Position numbers and translations under genes: made by a program. A stretch of 63,204 bases of DNA, counting the filler, from Octopus bimaculoides (Eukaryota): NCBI RefSeq assembly GCF_001194135.2. It is 5 parts of 5 records of this genome, joined end to end, with 100 filler letters (N's around TTAATTAATTAA, not from the genome) between each part and the next. Parts side by side here need not be neighbours in the genome. Positions count along the whole stretch, not along the records: positions 1 to 18,885 come from NC_068991.1; positions 18,986 to 30,730 come from NC_068983.1; 3 more parts are not named here. One strand, written 5' to 3'. Position 1 is the first letter of the stretch. Each line of letters opens with the position of its first letter. The notes below the pieces were generated by a model that saw only the letters and a program-made list of their open reading frames with translations, was not told where the DNA came from and did not search any database. Positions 12,878 through 24,402 of this stretch are shown here, piece after piece.

Positions 12878-14400
12878 ATTTCAAGATTTATTGTCAATAG
12901 AGAAAGAGCCGGTTTCTAACCTAGATCCAAGGCTCTTTTATTGAAATTTTAACATCAGCAGGGAATTTGTGCATGTTTGAATGTATGTGTGCAGTATTTG
13001 GAGTTAGTGCATGTGCAGATTTGTATGTTTTATTTTCTGCATATATTCCCATGCATATAGTTGCATGTTTAGACATGCGCATTAATGCTTAAATGCTAAA
13101 CTTCTGTAAACTTTTACAAATGTTGACAGTTCCTTTGATGACTTGAATCTGTAATCTTCTAAATAGCTTTCTCCTTTCTGATTTTGAGAAGCTTAATTTC
13201 TCAACACTGATGAGTAGGTAGTTTGCTACATATCCCAGTGTCCTAATAATTACAGGTATAAACCTGAACTTGTGAATCTGAGTAAAATAGCTGTAAATTT
13301 CTTAGCAGTTCAGCGTAGGTGTTTTCTTTTTTGCTCATCCTCAGATTTATGTTAACATCAACTAGGCAACTGATTTCCACTACTGTACAAGGTTTCGCTT
13401 CTCAGTCCCAAATTACTATGTTTGATCTATTACGTTTCCCTTTTATTCAGGTTTTCACTGTCACTGAGACATTCCACAGTGTACTCTCCTATTATGAGTG
13501 GCTATGACCCCTAACATTCTATGGGTTCTTATCTCTTTGGCCTCAGGATTATCCTTCCAGTAGATTTCATCATACAGTGTCTTGGTAACAAGGTTATGTT
13601 TCATCGGTAGATAATATCGCAATGACAATTTTAGGCAACTGCTTATGATGTGGGTGATTTCTTCGGTTTTAAATGCACAAAGTTTGCGACGGTTATCACA
13701 TTTTGGTGTTTTTGTTGCGTCTCAGTCCATTTTGTGCATCGGGTATTTTGTAGTTATTTCCTGTTCCTGGATAGCAATCGCATATCCCTCAAAGTGGGAG
13801 TTAGTAATCCGATTTTGGTCTATCATAGACCGCTTCTGGTTATCAATGTTACTATAATCATAGAGCTTTCTGCTAACATATCCATGCGTGGTCTTCTACT
13901 GATATACCCTAATCCTTTCATCTGATGATACGTTGAAGAAGAGTCGCACAACTTCTTTGGGCATATATTCAATGTTATCAGACAAAGAATGTTGTTCGAG
14001 GAGCTGCTTTCCAAAGTGCATCCCTTGAATGAACTTGATCTAGGGATGCACTTCGCCATTTGGTTGTTAGAAGATGTTGCCAAAAGTATATGATACGACA
14101 TTCAAAGGCAATCTGGATTGTTAAGTCTCTGCCTTGTGAACCAATAAGATACCCTCCAGATTTCCTCAATAGAAATGACAAGGGGTTTACTGAAGTTATG
14201 AACAGCATCATAGAGAGGCTGACTCCTTGGGGTATACCTTTGCTATACTGCATTTTGTCAGTAGTAATACAATCACTCTTGGTATTCTTCTGGAACTTTA
14301 CAAGCGGATAAAGGCTTTCTTGTAGCCCAGCGACATTGAAACCAGATTCCTCTCAAAACAAAAGGTCTCCAAGGAGATGAAGAACAATTTATGGTGAACC
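12876..14400 (-). mobile_element. R4/Dong-clade retrotransposon (lineage B): RT C-half, CCHC knuckle, RLE domain and 3' UTR
   Basis: YKKAF; KGIPQG.SLS.MLFITSVNPLSFLLRKSGGY; a frameshifted C..C...E.ITHIISSC knuckle; TYAELLRNLQLFY..PVII..LGY. The 3' UTR is shared with 37300, 51800 and 52545. Confidence 0.85.
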
Positions 14401-15256
14401 AATCGAAAAAGTTTCATCTTCGCAATATTTTGTCCAAATCCTGCTCCTTTATCGATCACATCAACAATCCGCTATCGATATCTGACAGCGTTTTAGGTTT
14501 CCTATCACACCGTAACTCTTACAAGCCCGAGGCTCAAATTGAAAGGTATTATTTATCAAACTAATGTCGTCTCCACGTAACTGTGGTTGCGAAACCTGCT
14601 TGAGGGGTTTAATAAAGACAAAAACTAGAACTGATTTAAAACCCCAAAAGCAGTGACCATGTTAATAACAAAGAAACGCCGCGAAGGCCGAAAACCGGGA
14701 GAATTGGAAAAGCATCATCTCCGCTGGTTACGACATAATTAATATAATTACCAGATATGATAGTATCCAAGCAAATCTTGTACTCTGAGCTTGTGAGTGG
14801 ACATCACTCAAATTCACACACCTAAAAAACGATTCTTTTCCACTGGCAACTGTGAAAATGTCACGAAAGATTGTAAGAACTAGAAGCGAGAGTTGCTGCA
14901 GACTTGTTTGATACCAGTAGAAAAAAGGGAAAAATGCCAGAAGGAACGGAAAAGCACAGCAGTGGTTTCTTTAATAAAGGCTGCTCCCGCAGCCTCAATT
15001 TGCGTTCCATACGGTAAAGTATGTTTTAGGCATCGAAACGTAGTCATAAAACATGGAAACGCTGCAAACATAAATGAGAAAGTGATTGGCGTTAAAATTA
15101 AGAAAATATCCTTTGAGCTCACAAAAAAAAGATATAATATGTGAGTGTGTGTGTGTGTGTATTGAAAGACAGGACTATCTTCCAACTTAATACCATTATT
15201 AAGGTCTTTTCCTTGCTTTTGCATGAGACACGGTGTGTTAGGTATACTCGGATATA

Positions 15257-15500
15257 TAGGGTGCGAGAAGTACTTGAGGACATATTTAGTGATTTAATAA
15301 AACAACCTTAATATTACGAAAGTCTAAATGTACTGTAATAAAAAATATTTTGCACATGTTCTTGATAAGATTTCCTGTAAGATTATTCAATAACTGTGCC
15401 TTTAGTTTCAACGACTGCTTCCATGCGGGTCCGGAATCGTTGAGATGCCTTCATTATTTGGCCCTTATTCATTCCGGACCATTTAAAACGGACAATGTGA
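15257..15500 (-). mobile_element. 3' end of a Tc1/maT (DD37D-like) transposon
   Basis: Minus-strand WSGMNKGQIMKASQRFRTRMEAVVETKGTVIE* is followed by a TIR-like end (ta)tagggtgcgagaagtacttgaggaca. Confidence 0.6.
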
Positions 15501-15845
15501 AAACGTTTAACATTTGCAAATACATCTACCACACCCTCCACATTACTCTTGCCTTCCCATTTGTCTCACACTCCCGGACTCTTCCACCTCCTCACTTCCA
15601 CCTCTCCACGCAAACTCAACTATCACACAGAGACACAAGTACACATACAAACATACACATACACATACACATACACATGATGACACACATACACACAAAC
15701 ATATACACATGATGACACACACATAACCAACACCTCAACTCCCACTAATCTATGCCTTGATATTTCTACACTTGCACACTTTTACATATATAATTGCATA
15801 CACACACGCAACTCGCCCAAATGTCCGCTTTCAGAAACATATATA

Positions 15846-17124
15846 CCAGGCAGAGTAAAAAGTAAGCAACGTTTTGAAACATGAAAATCATCACAATATA
15901 TTTCAACAATGCAGAAATTTTATTCATCAAAATAAGTACCATGACAATCAACACATTTTTGCCAACGAGTTACAAGTTTGTTTATTCCAGTAACATAAAA
16001 ATCTGGAGTTCTGCAGCTGCTGAACTCTTTGAACACACTTTCAGCATTGGTTTGATTTTTGAACTCCTTCTCTCGCAGGAAACCATCAAGATGCTTGAAA
16101 AAGTGGTAGTCGGTTGGAGAAAGGATTGGGGAATAAATTGGGTGGCGAAGAACTTTGTAGCCAAGTTCCCTCAATTTCTGCAACTCATTAGTGAAATGTG
16201 TGGTCGAGCATTGTCGTGAAGAATGATTGGCCCTCTTCTGTTGACCAGTCTGGGACGGAGGAGTAACAGTTTTTCGTTCATTTTGGCAATTTCATGGCAA
16301 TATGTTTCTGCAGTAATGGTTTTTCCGAGTTTTAGGTGGTTATAGTGGATGAGTCCAGCAGTACACCACCAAACAGTCACCATAACCTTCTTTTTGAAGA
16401 GCTCAGGTTTAAGGAAATTTTTCGGTGCTTCATTTTGGTTCAACTACTGCGAAGAACGTTTTTTATTATTGTTCAGAATCTACTTTTCATCGCAAATTAC
16501 AATACGGTCGAGAAATGGAACGGTCTGGTTATGGAAAAGAAGCGACGAGTAAATTTCATATCTGCGCATCTTCTGATTTTCATTCAAATCGTGTGGTACC
16601 CATTTGTCGAGCTTTTTTTATTTTCCGATCGCATGCAAATGGTTGCAGGCAGTTTTCTGGTTAACTTCTTTTGCCAGTTCTCGGATGGTTTTACGTGGAC
16701 CTTTCTCAATGACAGTCTTTAATTGACCGTCATTGATGACAGATGGGCGTCCACTACACTCACAATCTTCAAGGCTCATTTCTCCACTTCGAAGTCGTCT
16801 AAACCATTTTCGAGCTGACCACTCACTGGTCGTTTCCTCACCAAACGTTTCGTTGATATCGCGAGCAGTTTCAGCTGCTGTACATCCTTTTTTGAAGTTG
16901 GATAGCAAAATTGCTTGAATATCACGCTTTGACAGTTCCATTTTAGATGATTGTAATAACGGTGAAAAAAAATATCAATATCAATTTATTGATGCATTTG
17001 GGCAAGTCTATATCTATATTATCAGATGATTGCAAAAATACGTTTTAAAAAATTCAAAACTCTGCGAAAATCCAGTACAAATTCTTCATGGTTCAAAACG
17101 TTGCTTACTTTTTACTCAACCAGA
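15846..17124 (-). mobile_element. Full-length 1279-bp mariner (D,D34D; cecropia/Hsmar1-like) with disabled transposase
   Basis: TIRs ccaggcagagtaaaaagtaagcaacgttttgaaacatgaa and tctggttgagtaaaaagtaagcaacgttttgaaccatgaa. TA at 15844-15845 and 17125-17126. The ORF from 16941 to 15920 contains WVPHDL, ICDEK, HDNARPH and YSPILSPTDYHFF, with a few stops and one frameshift. Confidence 0.95.
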
Positions 17125-17609
17125 TATTCATACTCGCACACGCACACGCACCACCCTTCTTAACTCCACCCCACTCCCACCCCGAATTCTTAATCCTTTG
17201 TTTGCTATTTCTTACTATTTTTTTCTATTTCTTACTACGCCTATGTGTTCTCTTTATTCTGATGATGGACTAACATCTGTAACGTTGAGGCTCGTTTTTT
17301 TTTTTCATTAAAGCGTTAAACTAATTTTCTATTTCTTAAATCTTGTTTCCCCTGTGTTCTATTTTTGTTTTGTTCGTTGCATTTATTCACGAACGTGTGC
17401 ACGTGTGCACACATATATGCATGTACACATACTTATATATGCGTGTATATATAAATTTCAAAATTGTACAAATAAAAAATGAGCAACAGAGATGTATTAG
17501 TTTGATACTCAGGAAAAATGGAAGAGTCTTTGAGGTTTAGAACCTACGCTCTTCTACAGAAACGAATGAGGACAGAAATCAAATGGAGTGAGGGGTAAAA
17601 AGGCTTCAC

Positions 17610-17940
17610 TCTTTGGACAAATTGACTCCAGTGTTCATTTTCTAGAGCCTAATACATGTTTAAATTGTGTTCTTTTTGATGAACCGCTAAGTCACAGGGA
17701 CATAAACAAACCAACACTGGTTGTCAAGAAGTGATGAGAACAAATTCAGATAAAAAGACACGTACACACACACATACACACACACCTACATTACGGGCGT
17801 CTTTCAGTTTCCGTTTACCAAATCTACTCACAAGGCTTTGATCGGCCCAAGTAAAAGATACACGACCAAAGTGCCACACAGTGGGACTGAACCCGAAACT
17901 ATGTGGTCGGGAACCAAACTTCTTACCACCCAACCACATA
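17610..17940 (-). mobile_element. SINE family A/B: tRNA-like head, internal (GT)n, 3' module
   Basis: Head at 17790-17940, CA tract at 17760-17788, 3' module at 17610-17730. Confidence 0.8.
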
Positions 17941-18194
17941 TCATAACTTACCTTCTTAGCTAAGGAAATAACAAATTGAAAGTCTGAATTGACGAAGGCT
18001 GACATGCTTACAACAATTACAATACCATTGATCATAACTGTTAATGACGACTGACTTAGATTTAAACAACAATATAGACAACGTTCTTACACTTTAATAT
18101 GGTGCATTATTCTATACAACAGTAAACTACACAACAAGGTATGGTATAGGATTGCACGGAATAGTGCACTTACAAAGCAGGAAAATTTGTTAAC

Positions 18195-18272
18195 AAACAG
18201 CCATGGGACCCGACCCCACATCCCTCAGAGACTCCGGATAAATGCTTTACAATCAAGCTAAACTAACCTCTG
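18195..18272 (-). mobile_element. Degenerate tRNA-like SINE head or tRNA pseudogene
   Basis: Reverse complement has an A-box-like tagtttagcttgattg and a B-box-like ggggtcgggtccc at tRNA spacing. The cloverleaf does not close. Confidence 0.4.
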
Positions 18273-18608
18273 ACAAATTTATCCGCCAATTTAGACGCTA
18301 TAAAGCTAAATGCACAACTACGTGTTTATATGTATATATCAACAAACTAACATTTACTTTTTTCATATATAAGCAGCAAAATATGTATTGTACGATACAA
18401 ATAAGCTGATAATTTTTTTCAAACTTTGAAACATTAGAACAGCAGAAATATTGGGTAACTTACCCTTACAAAGGGGAAATTTTTTTCCACTTTTTAAGGG
18501 CAGTTTACCCAATATTTTTGCTGCTCTAACGGCGTTTCTGCATTTCAAAAATTATTATCATTTGTATGGTACATATATACATACATACATATACATATAT
18601 ATGTGGTG

Positions 18609-18885
18609 GGAGGCGCAATGGCCCAGTGGTTAGGGCAGCGGACTCGCGGTCGGAGGATCGTGGTTTCGATTCCCAGACCGGGCGTTGTGTGTGTTTATTG
18701 AGCGAAAACACCTAAAGCTCCACGAGGCTCCGGCAGGGGGAGGTGGCGACCCCTGTTGTACTATTTTGCCCCGACTTTCACTATTTCTTCCTGTGTCTTG
18801 AGTAACGCAGCGATGGACTGGTGTCCCGTCCAGCTGGGCGGGAACACATACGCCATAGCAACCGGGAAACCGGGCCCATTAGCCT
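18609..18885 (+). mobile_element. tRNA(Arg-like)-derived SINE family E with an L2/Crack-like tail
   Basis: A box tggcccagtgg and B box gtttcgattcc. Tail gcgatggactggtgtcccgtccag...gcaaccgggaaaccgggccc. The head is shared with 52216-52383. Confidence 0.85.
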
Positions 18886-18985
18886 NNNNNNNNNNNNNNN
18901 NNNNNNNNNNNNNNNNNNNNNNNNNNNNNTTAATTAATTAANNNNNNNNNNNNNNNNNNNNNNNNNNNNNNNNNNNNNNNNNNNN
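18886..18985. other. Assembly spacer: 44 N + ttaattaattaa + 44 N (also 30731-30830, 52992-53091, 61047-61146)
   Basis: Identical 100-bp layout four times. The 12-mer places stop codons in all six frames. Confidence 0.95.
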
Positions 18986-19064
<79 letters not shown>

Positions 19065-19069
<5 letters not shown>

Positions 19070-19262
19070 TCCACCCGGCATCGCTTGACAACCGATGCTG
19101 GTGTATTTACGTCCCCGTAACCTAGCGGTTCGGCAAAAGAGGACGATAGAATAAGTACTAGGCTTACAAAGGATAAGCTCTGGGGTAGATTTGCTCGACT
19201 ATAAAGGTGGTGCTCCAGCATGGCCGCAGTCAAATGACTGAAACAAGTAAAAGAGTAAAAGA
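19065..19262 (+). mobile_element. SINE family A/B 3' module preceded by (GT)n
   Basis: Near-consensus copy of the 3791 module. Confidence 0.85.
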
Positions 19263-19686
19263 ATCACCCTAGAAGATCACAAACCCAATTTCCTAACTAA
19301 CCCCTCCGTACGATTAATTTGCTCCTCTAAATCCGATATAGACCGAATTAGTAAGATTATCATAGATAGAATCACACTTAAACTCAAACCTAAGTTACGT
19401 TTGGCACTGTGGTCTAACACACGCCAAGTAATAAAGCCGTTTATGTGTGCATATATCTTTCAGTATGTGTGTGTTCGTATGCATGTACTTGCGTGTGTAC
19501 ATGTTCCACACGTGCACATACGTGCATTTATATTATTGTATACAAGCATATATGTTGATATGCATGCAACCACGTCTAATCATTATCCGTTAGAACATAT
19601 TAGACAAATTTTATTGGAATACACAAAACGGATGTATTCAACACAAAGTGCCTCAATTGGTCGCACACTACAAGGTTCAACGAAAC

Positions 19687-22630
19687 CTAGCTATTGAAGC
19701 AAGCCAACACGCTCGCGGCATTACCACGGACGACGGTGAGGCTAAGGCTTTGGAACAGCCATGAAACCTCACGGGCATCAACTGATACTTTGGCAAGGTG
19801 AACCGCTAACGATGGCAAGAACTTCGTCGTTAGCGGCCCAGCTCTTCCAAACGTCTCAAACATCACAGGGTGGAAGAAATAGTTCATTGACAGATCCCGA
19901 TACTTAAGGATTTTGTTCCGTTTGGCTATGGAAGCAGTGACTCTCCTATTTACCGCAGCATCACTTCTGGATAATCTCGCTAGCTCTAGAACTGAGATAT
20001 TAACCCGAATCAGGATCTGCTTAATGATTAAGTTTAACTCGATGTAACCAGCGAAACGACCAGCATTTAGACCGTGAAGGGGCCTACCACAACGACATCT
20101 CAGTTCTCCACAAACGTCGGCTTCCACTCTTAGGGCAATGGAGATCCGGAGCTCATCTAAACTGAGTAGACTACCAATGTTGGCCGCAGGTAGGGCATAA
20201 ATCCAGTCCCCCGAGAATTTTGCACTCGGAGAAAGTAGGCGACACCTTAAAAATTGATCTAATTGATCAAAGAGAGAATTGGAAGTGGCACCTGAACGTA
20301 GATTGTCCCATACTCTCTACTTCCGTCTATCCTCTGCTGCAACAGGAACTGACAAACCCAGCTCGCACTCTCCACTATAATGAAACTCCAGCCATCCCTC
20401 TTTTGAAACTAGTCCTTGTTGGAGAGGAGAGGATGTTGCCTACCAAAGGGAAATGAAAGCCGGAAAGGTATAGAGACAAGCACTTACGCAGACTAGACTC
20501 TCAAACCGTTTGGGCAAAGCAGTCTGGTTATGGTACTCTGGAGAGAGTCTAGCATTGACCAAGCATTCGAGTTTCCTGAAGATTAGGTCGTCAAAGCTTT
20601 GGAGAGACGACGAGAATCTATAAAAGGAACTAACTCAGAGAAAGTACAATAACTTAGGAATCGACAAGTATAGTTCCTAAGTATAAAAAAACCTTGATGA
20701 GCTCAATTATCTCAAGTTTAGCCATATTGTTTTGAAAGATGGATTCGAAAGCTCGGACAGTAATTAGGGCTCCAAGCGAGCACCACGCCGATGAAGGAGG
20801 AACTGCGGTAGAAGGGAAGGAGTCTATAAACAGGTTTAGTCTGCTGCTGATGTGAAGCTGGATGGTTGAGGAACAACAGCTCGCAGTTGGAGCTGTTAAC
20901 GCTAAAGCTCCTACGACCAAGTTGTGCTGATCACCGGCCTGAGATGAGCAGTGTTAAGGGGGGGGGGGACTCGAACACCTCGAATTACCGTTTAAGGGAA
21001 GATGTGAGGGATCTAGTACTCACGTCCGTCACGTGGAGAGAGACTAGAAGGAATAGGAACAGCTCCTACCAATCCGAGGTGCTGTTTGATATGCAAACGT
21101 CCTTGAATAGTTTGGAGAGGGCACAGGGAAAACAAATCCGAGCACCCTTAGGGATCCAGTTGATAAGCTTCAACTTGGACAAGCCCTGGAGGGCGGCGGC
21201 AAAATTCTGAACAGGGATCTGAACATCAAAACAAGGTTCTACCCTACTAAGTATGTCGGAGCTGAAGTGGCATTAGTTACATGTCCAATTTGAAAAACTT
21301 TCGGCTTGAACCTTAGTAATGCCAACGTAGCTCCTGTGATAACTTGGGATCTTGTTCAAAACGGGGGCACCAGTTTTCATTAATGTTTTATGTAGTGTTT
21401 TTGGTACCGAAAGACTTTCAAACTTCGTATACTTATCTATTTTGTGTTATAGAACAGAAAAAAAATTTTGTATTCGAATTTATTTCATGTAAAAAATTGT
21501 CTTATTTCAATAATTTCAACCAATCACTGTCAAGTATTCAGCTGTTTACACTTACTCCTTTGGCAGTTTAAGCGGTGTAAAGCGTATTTAATCTCCATTT
21601 ATAATTTCGTTAACATCTGCCTGAACTGTATGTGTACAACANNNNNNNNNNNNNNNNNNNNNNNNNNNNNNNNNNNNNNNNNNNNNNNNNNNNNNNNNNN
21701 NNNNNNNNNNNNNNNNNNNNNNNNNNNNNNNNNNNNNNNNNNNNNNNNNNNNNNNNNNNNNNNNNNNNNNNNNNNNNNNNNNNNNNNNNNNNNNNNNNNN
21801 NNNNNNNNNNNNNNNNNNNNNNNNNNNNNNNNNNNNNNNNNNNNNNNNNNNNNNNNNNNNNNNNNNNNNNNNNNNNNNNNNNNNNNNNNNNNNNNNAAAT
21901 TACAGAAATACGACAACTTTAACATGAAATAACTTGCGATGTACGTTTTTTTGTTAAGAAGACTAAGAGAAAAAGATGTTTTATATGACACATTCTACCA
22001 GTGTCCCAAGTTTCAAAGTGTTTCGTTAAGAAAATACTGGTGCCCCCGTTTTGAACAAGATCCATAACTTGACTATACAAGTAGCATTTGATGGTCTTCA
22101 AGTAGCGACTTGTACGGGTGCAGACAACATAACTTGGCGATGAATAGGCAGTATCAGGTGTCGGCATTAGAATTAGAATTCAGGCGGGGAGGGGGGAAGA
22201 TTAGCGCTGGGGGAGCTGGGTGAACAGCATTAACTCTGGCGGTGGGACACGAGTGAGGTGCAAGAAGCGATGGAGGCAGGATGGCTGTTACAGGAGTGGT
22301 GGAGTGAATAAAAGGATGAGTAGGACTAATTCTGGCAGAATCTGATGATAGAAGGGGTAGGGGAGAGATAGGGGAGATACCAGTTAACTCCCAAAGAATG
22401 TGACAGAGGAAGTGGGGAGCGGGAGGACGAAGGCTGGTGGGATGTAACAAAATCGTTTAGCCATGCTGGTCTCTTGGTCACTCGCCGCATGTCCCTAAAA
22501 CTTTTTATTTTGTTTTTCTTTCCCTTCAACCGTCTACCAATGTTAAATCCAACTAGGTCATCGTCTGACAGACGGGATGGATGGGCAAGTAAGGACGAAT
22601 GTGTGGGTCACGCGGGAATAGGAAGTTGGG
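19687..22630 (-). mobile_element. CRE-clade RLE non-LTR retrotransposon, internally deleted, interrupted by a Merlin-like insertion
   Basis: NWIPKGAR...ALSKL...W.ELFLF...SLTSSLKR; GDWIYALPAANIGSLLSLDELRISIALRV...CRCG; ELNLIIK; KYRDL...FHPVMFETFGRAGP..FL..L; LFQSLSLTVVRGNAASVL*. The PDG motif segment is deleted. The 5' boundary is uncertain. Confidence 0.85.
21347..22063. mobile_element. Non-autonomous Merlin-like DNA transposon (GG termini, 8-bp TSD)
   Basis: Perfect 28-bp TIR ggatcttgttcaaaacgggggcaccagt. TSD ataacttg at 21339-21346 and 22064-22071. Imperfect subterminal inverted similarity extends about 170 bp. The centre is an N gap. Confidence 0.85.
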
Positions 22631-22913
22631 AGCGAATCAAAGCAGGAAAATGAATTCTGTGTTTGTGAAGGAATGTGAATAAAATGTTGAAATGAATGTT
22701 GTAAGTGTATGCAAGCATTTAAAACAGCAAACATTCAATAATAGAAAAGTGGGGGCATTAAAACACCAAAGACAAAAAAAAAAAGAAACCAAAATTAAAC
22801 AAAAATAGAGAAATAGATAAACAAAAGAATTCAAAAATAAACAAAAATTACAAAATACAAAAACAATGTATAAGCACCGTAATTTGTATGTTTGTATGTT
22901 TTGAGGTAACTCA

Positions 22914-23250
22914 AAAACATACACCTCTGCTGATTCAGCGGTCACAAATATGACATTTCAACGAAATTTCTCAATAGCATAACATCATCTGGCCTACCTG
23001 ACCATGTATTGAGACTAAAAGTTTGATGTCTTGTTATGCCCTTACGCAACCTACAAATAAGTTCGATAAGAATGAGTGTGATCCAGTTGATGAAAAGGAT
23101 CGTTGAGAGTGAAGTTTCAGAGTTGTACGTGCAAGTGCAAACCAGTCTGATACGCAATCTCATTATTCATTGCTCTTTTAAAGAGGACTGGTCTGTAGAA
23201 TGTGAGTTTTCTGTACTAATGACCGATTGTCAGGCCTCTCCCAGGTGAGT
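22914..23250 (+). pseudogene. Helitron Pif1-like helicase fragment
   Basis: KTYTSADS...KFLNSITSSGLPDHVLRLKV*CLVMPLRNL matches EFLNSITPSG.PPH.L.LKVG.PVMLLRNL. Downstream LKRTGL and TNDRL..LSQV echo the SHGQLYVALSRV motif. Confidence 0.8.
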
Positions 23251-24328
23251 TTCCGTTCGACAGTTTTTTAACAGCCGTTAGGGGAGTTTCACAGTTGATA
23301 TAAGTTTTGAGATACGTTTGCACAGTACTCACTTTGTATCTTATTTAACCACCTTGAATTTCTAGATCCCCTCGCCAAAATGATTTTAGATCCTCCATAC
23401 ATTGGTTTCTGAAACAGGAAAGGAAATCATGAAAGTATCGTAAATGGGCAATGTATGAAGGTGTTGCCAAGAGGTGTCAGAACACGCTCTAGACAGGTTA
23501 CAAGTAAAGTGGAGGAGGTTAGAACCAAATAGGGCGTTAGTTTGCTTTAGTAGTTTAATTTTATGTTTGTAATGTGGTCTTTTTTATTATCTGCTTTTCT
23601 GCCTGTATGTTTGTATGCATATCACATTTTCGTATGTAGGTTGAGGACTGCTAAATTGATTTTTCACTAAACTTTGCAGACATAATTATTGACCTCAATG
23701 AATAATTTTTAAGCTTCAAATTTTCCAAGGATATAAATATAATCTTTTAAATAATCCGGACAGTGCCAGTCAGACACTATTCTGTATTAAAGAGAGAATG
23801 AATAGAACATATATTTGTTTCCATATCATTTCTTTACGATTTCCTTTAGATTTATAGAATTAAATGAAACATATTAGATAGCAGAATAAATTACGTATAA
23901 TGGATATCCTGCCTGTTCCAGGTGCATTGAAATAATCATTGCCATAACTAGAATACTTTTTGTAGGGCTGACGTTAAAAAATATACCTGATTACTTTGTT
24001 TAACAAAACAAAACTTTGAGTTTTCATTCAACTTTTACACGACTCTAAAATATCCACTCATTTCTAGTGTTAAGATCCATTAGCCTATTGGATTGTTAAA
24101 TTATAGTGTTACTGAGTTTTGGGAGTGACTTTATTAATTACTTTCTTTGTCATTTATTAATCTTGATAGAAAATTTTCAAATCCGCGATCAGCATCAAAG
24201 ATTGACTCAGAAATGCAACTCTGATGATTCAAAATGTTTCATTTTGTTGACCGGTGTAGTTCATATGTACATTCGCGATCTCTCTACGAGTGTGCATTTC
24301 ATATGTGCGTATATCTATGCAGCTTATG

Positions 24329-24402
24329 CATACATACATACATACATACATACATACATACATACATACATACATACGTACATACATACATACATACATA
24401 CA
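24329..24402 (+). repeat. (CATA)n, about 18 units, directly 5' of an R4/Dong lineage-B element
   Basis: Direct reading. Confidence 0.95.

Noticed and set aside
14780-15230. 82-114-aa ORFs on both strands
   Set aside because: No recognisable motif or splice support, and the minus-strand ORF runs through a GT tract.
18930-18941. ttaattaattaa islands inside N runs (four sites) as a recurring biological motif
   Set aside because: The exact 44N+12+44N layout and six-frame stops mark an artificial scaffolding spacer.
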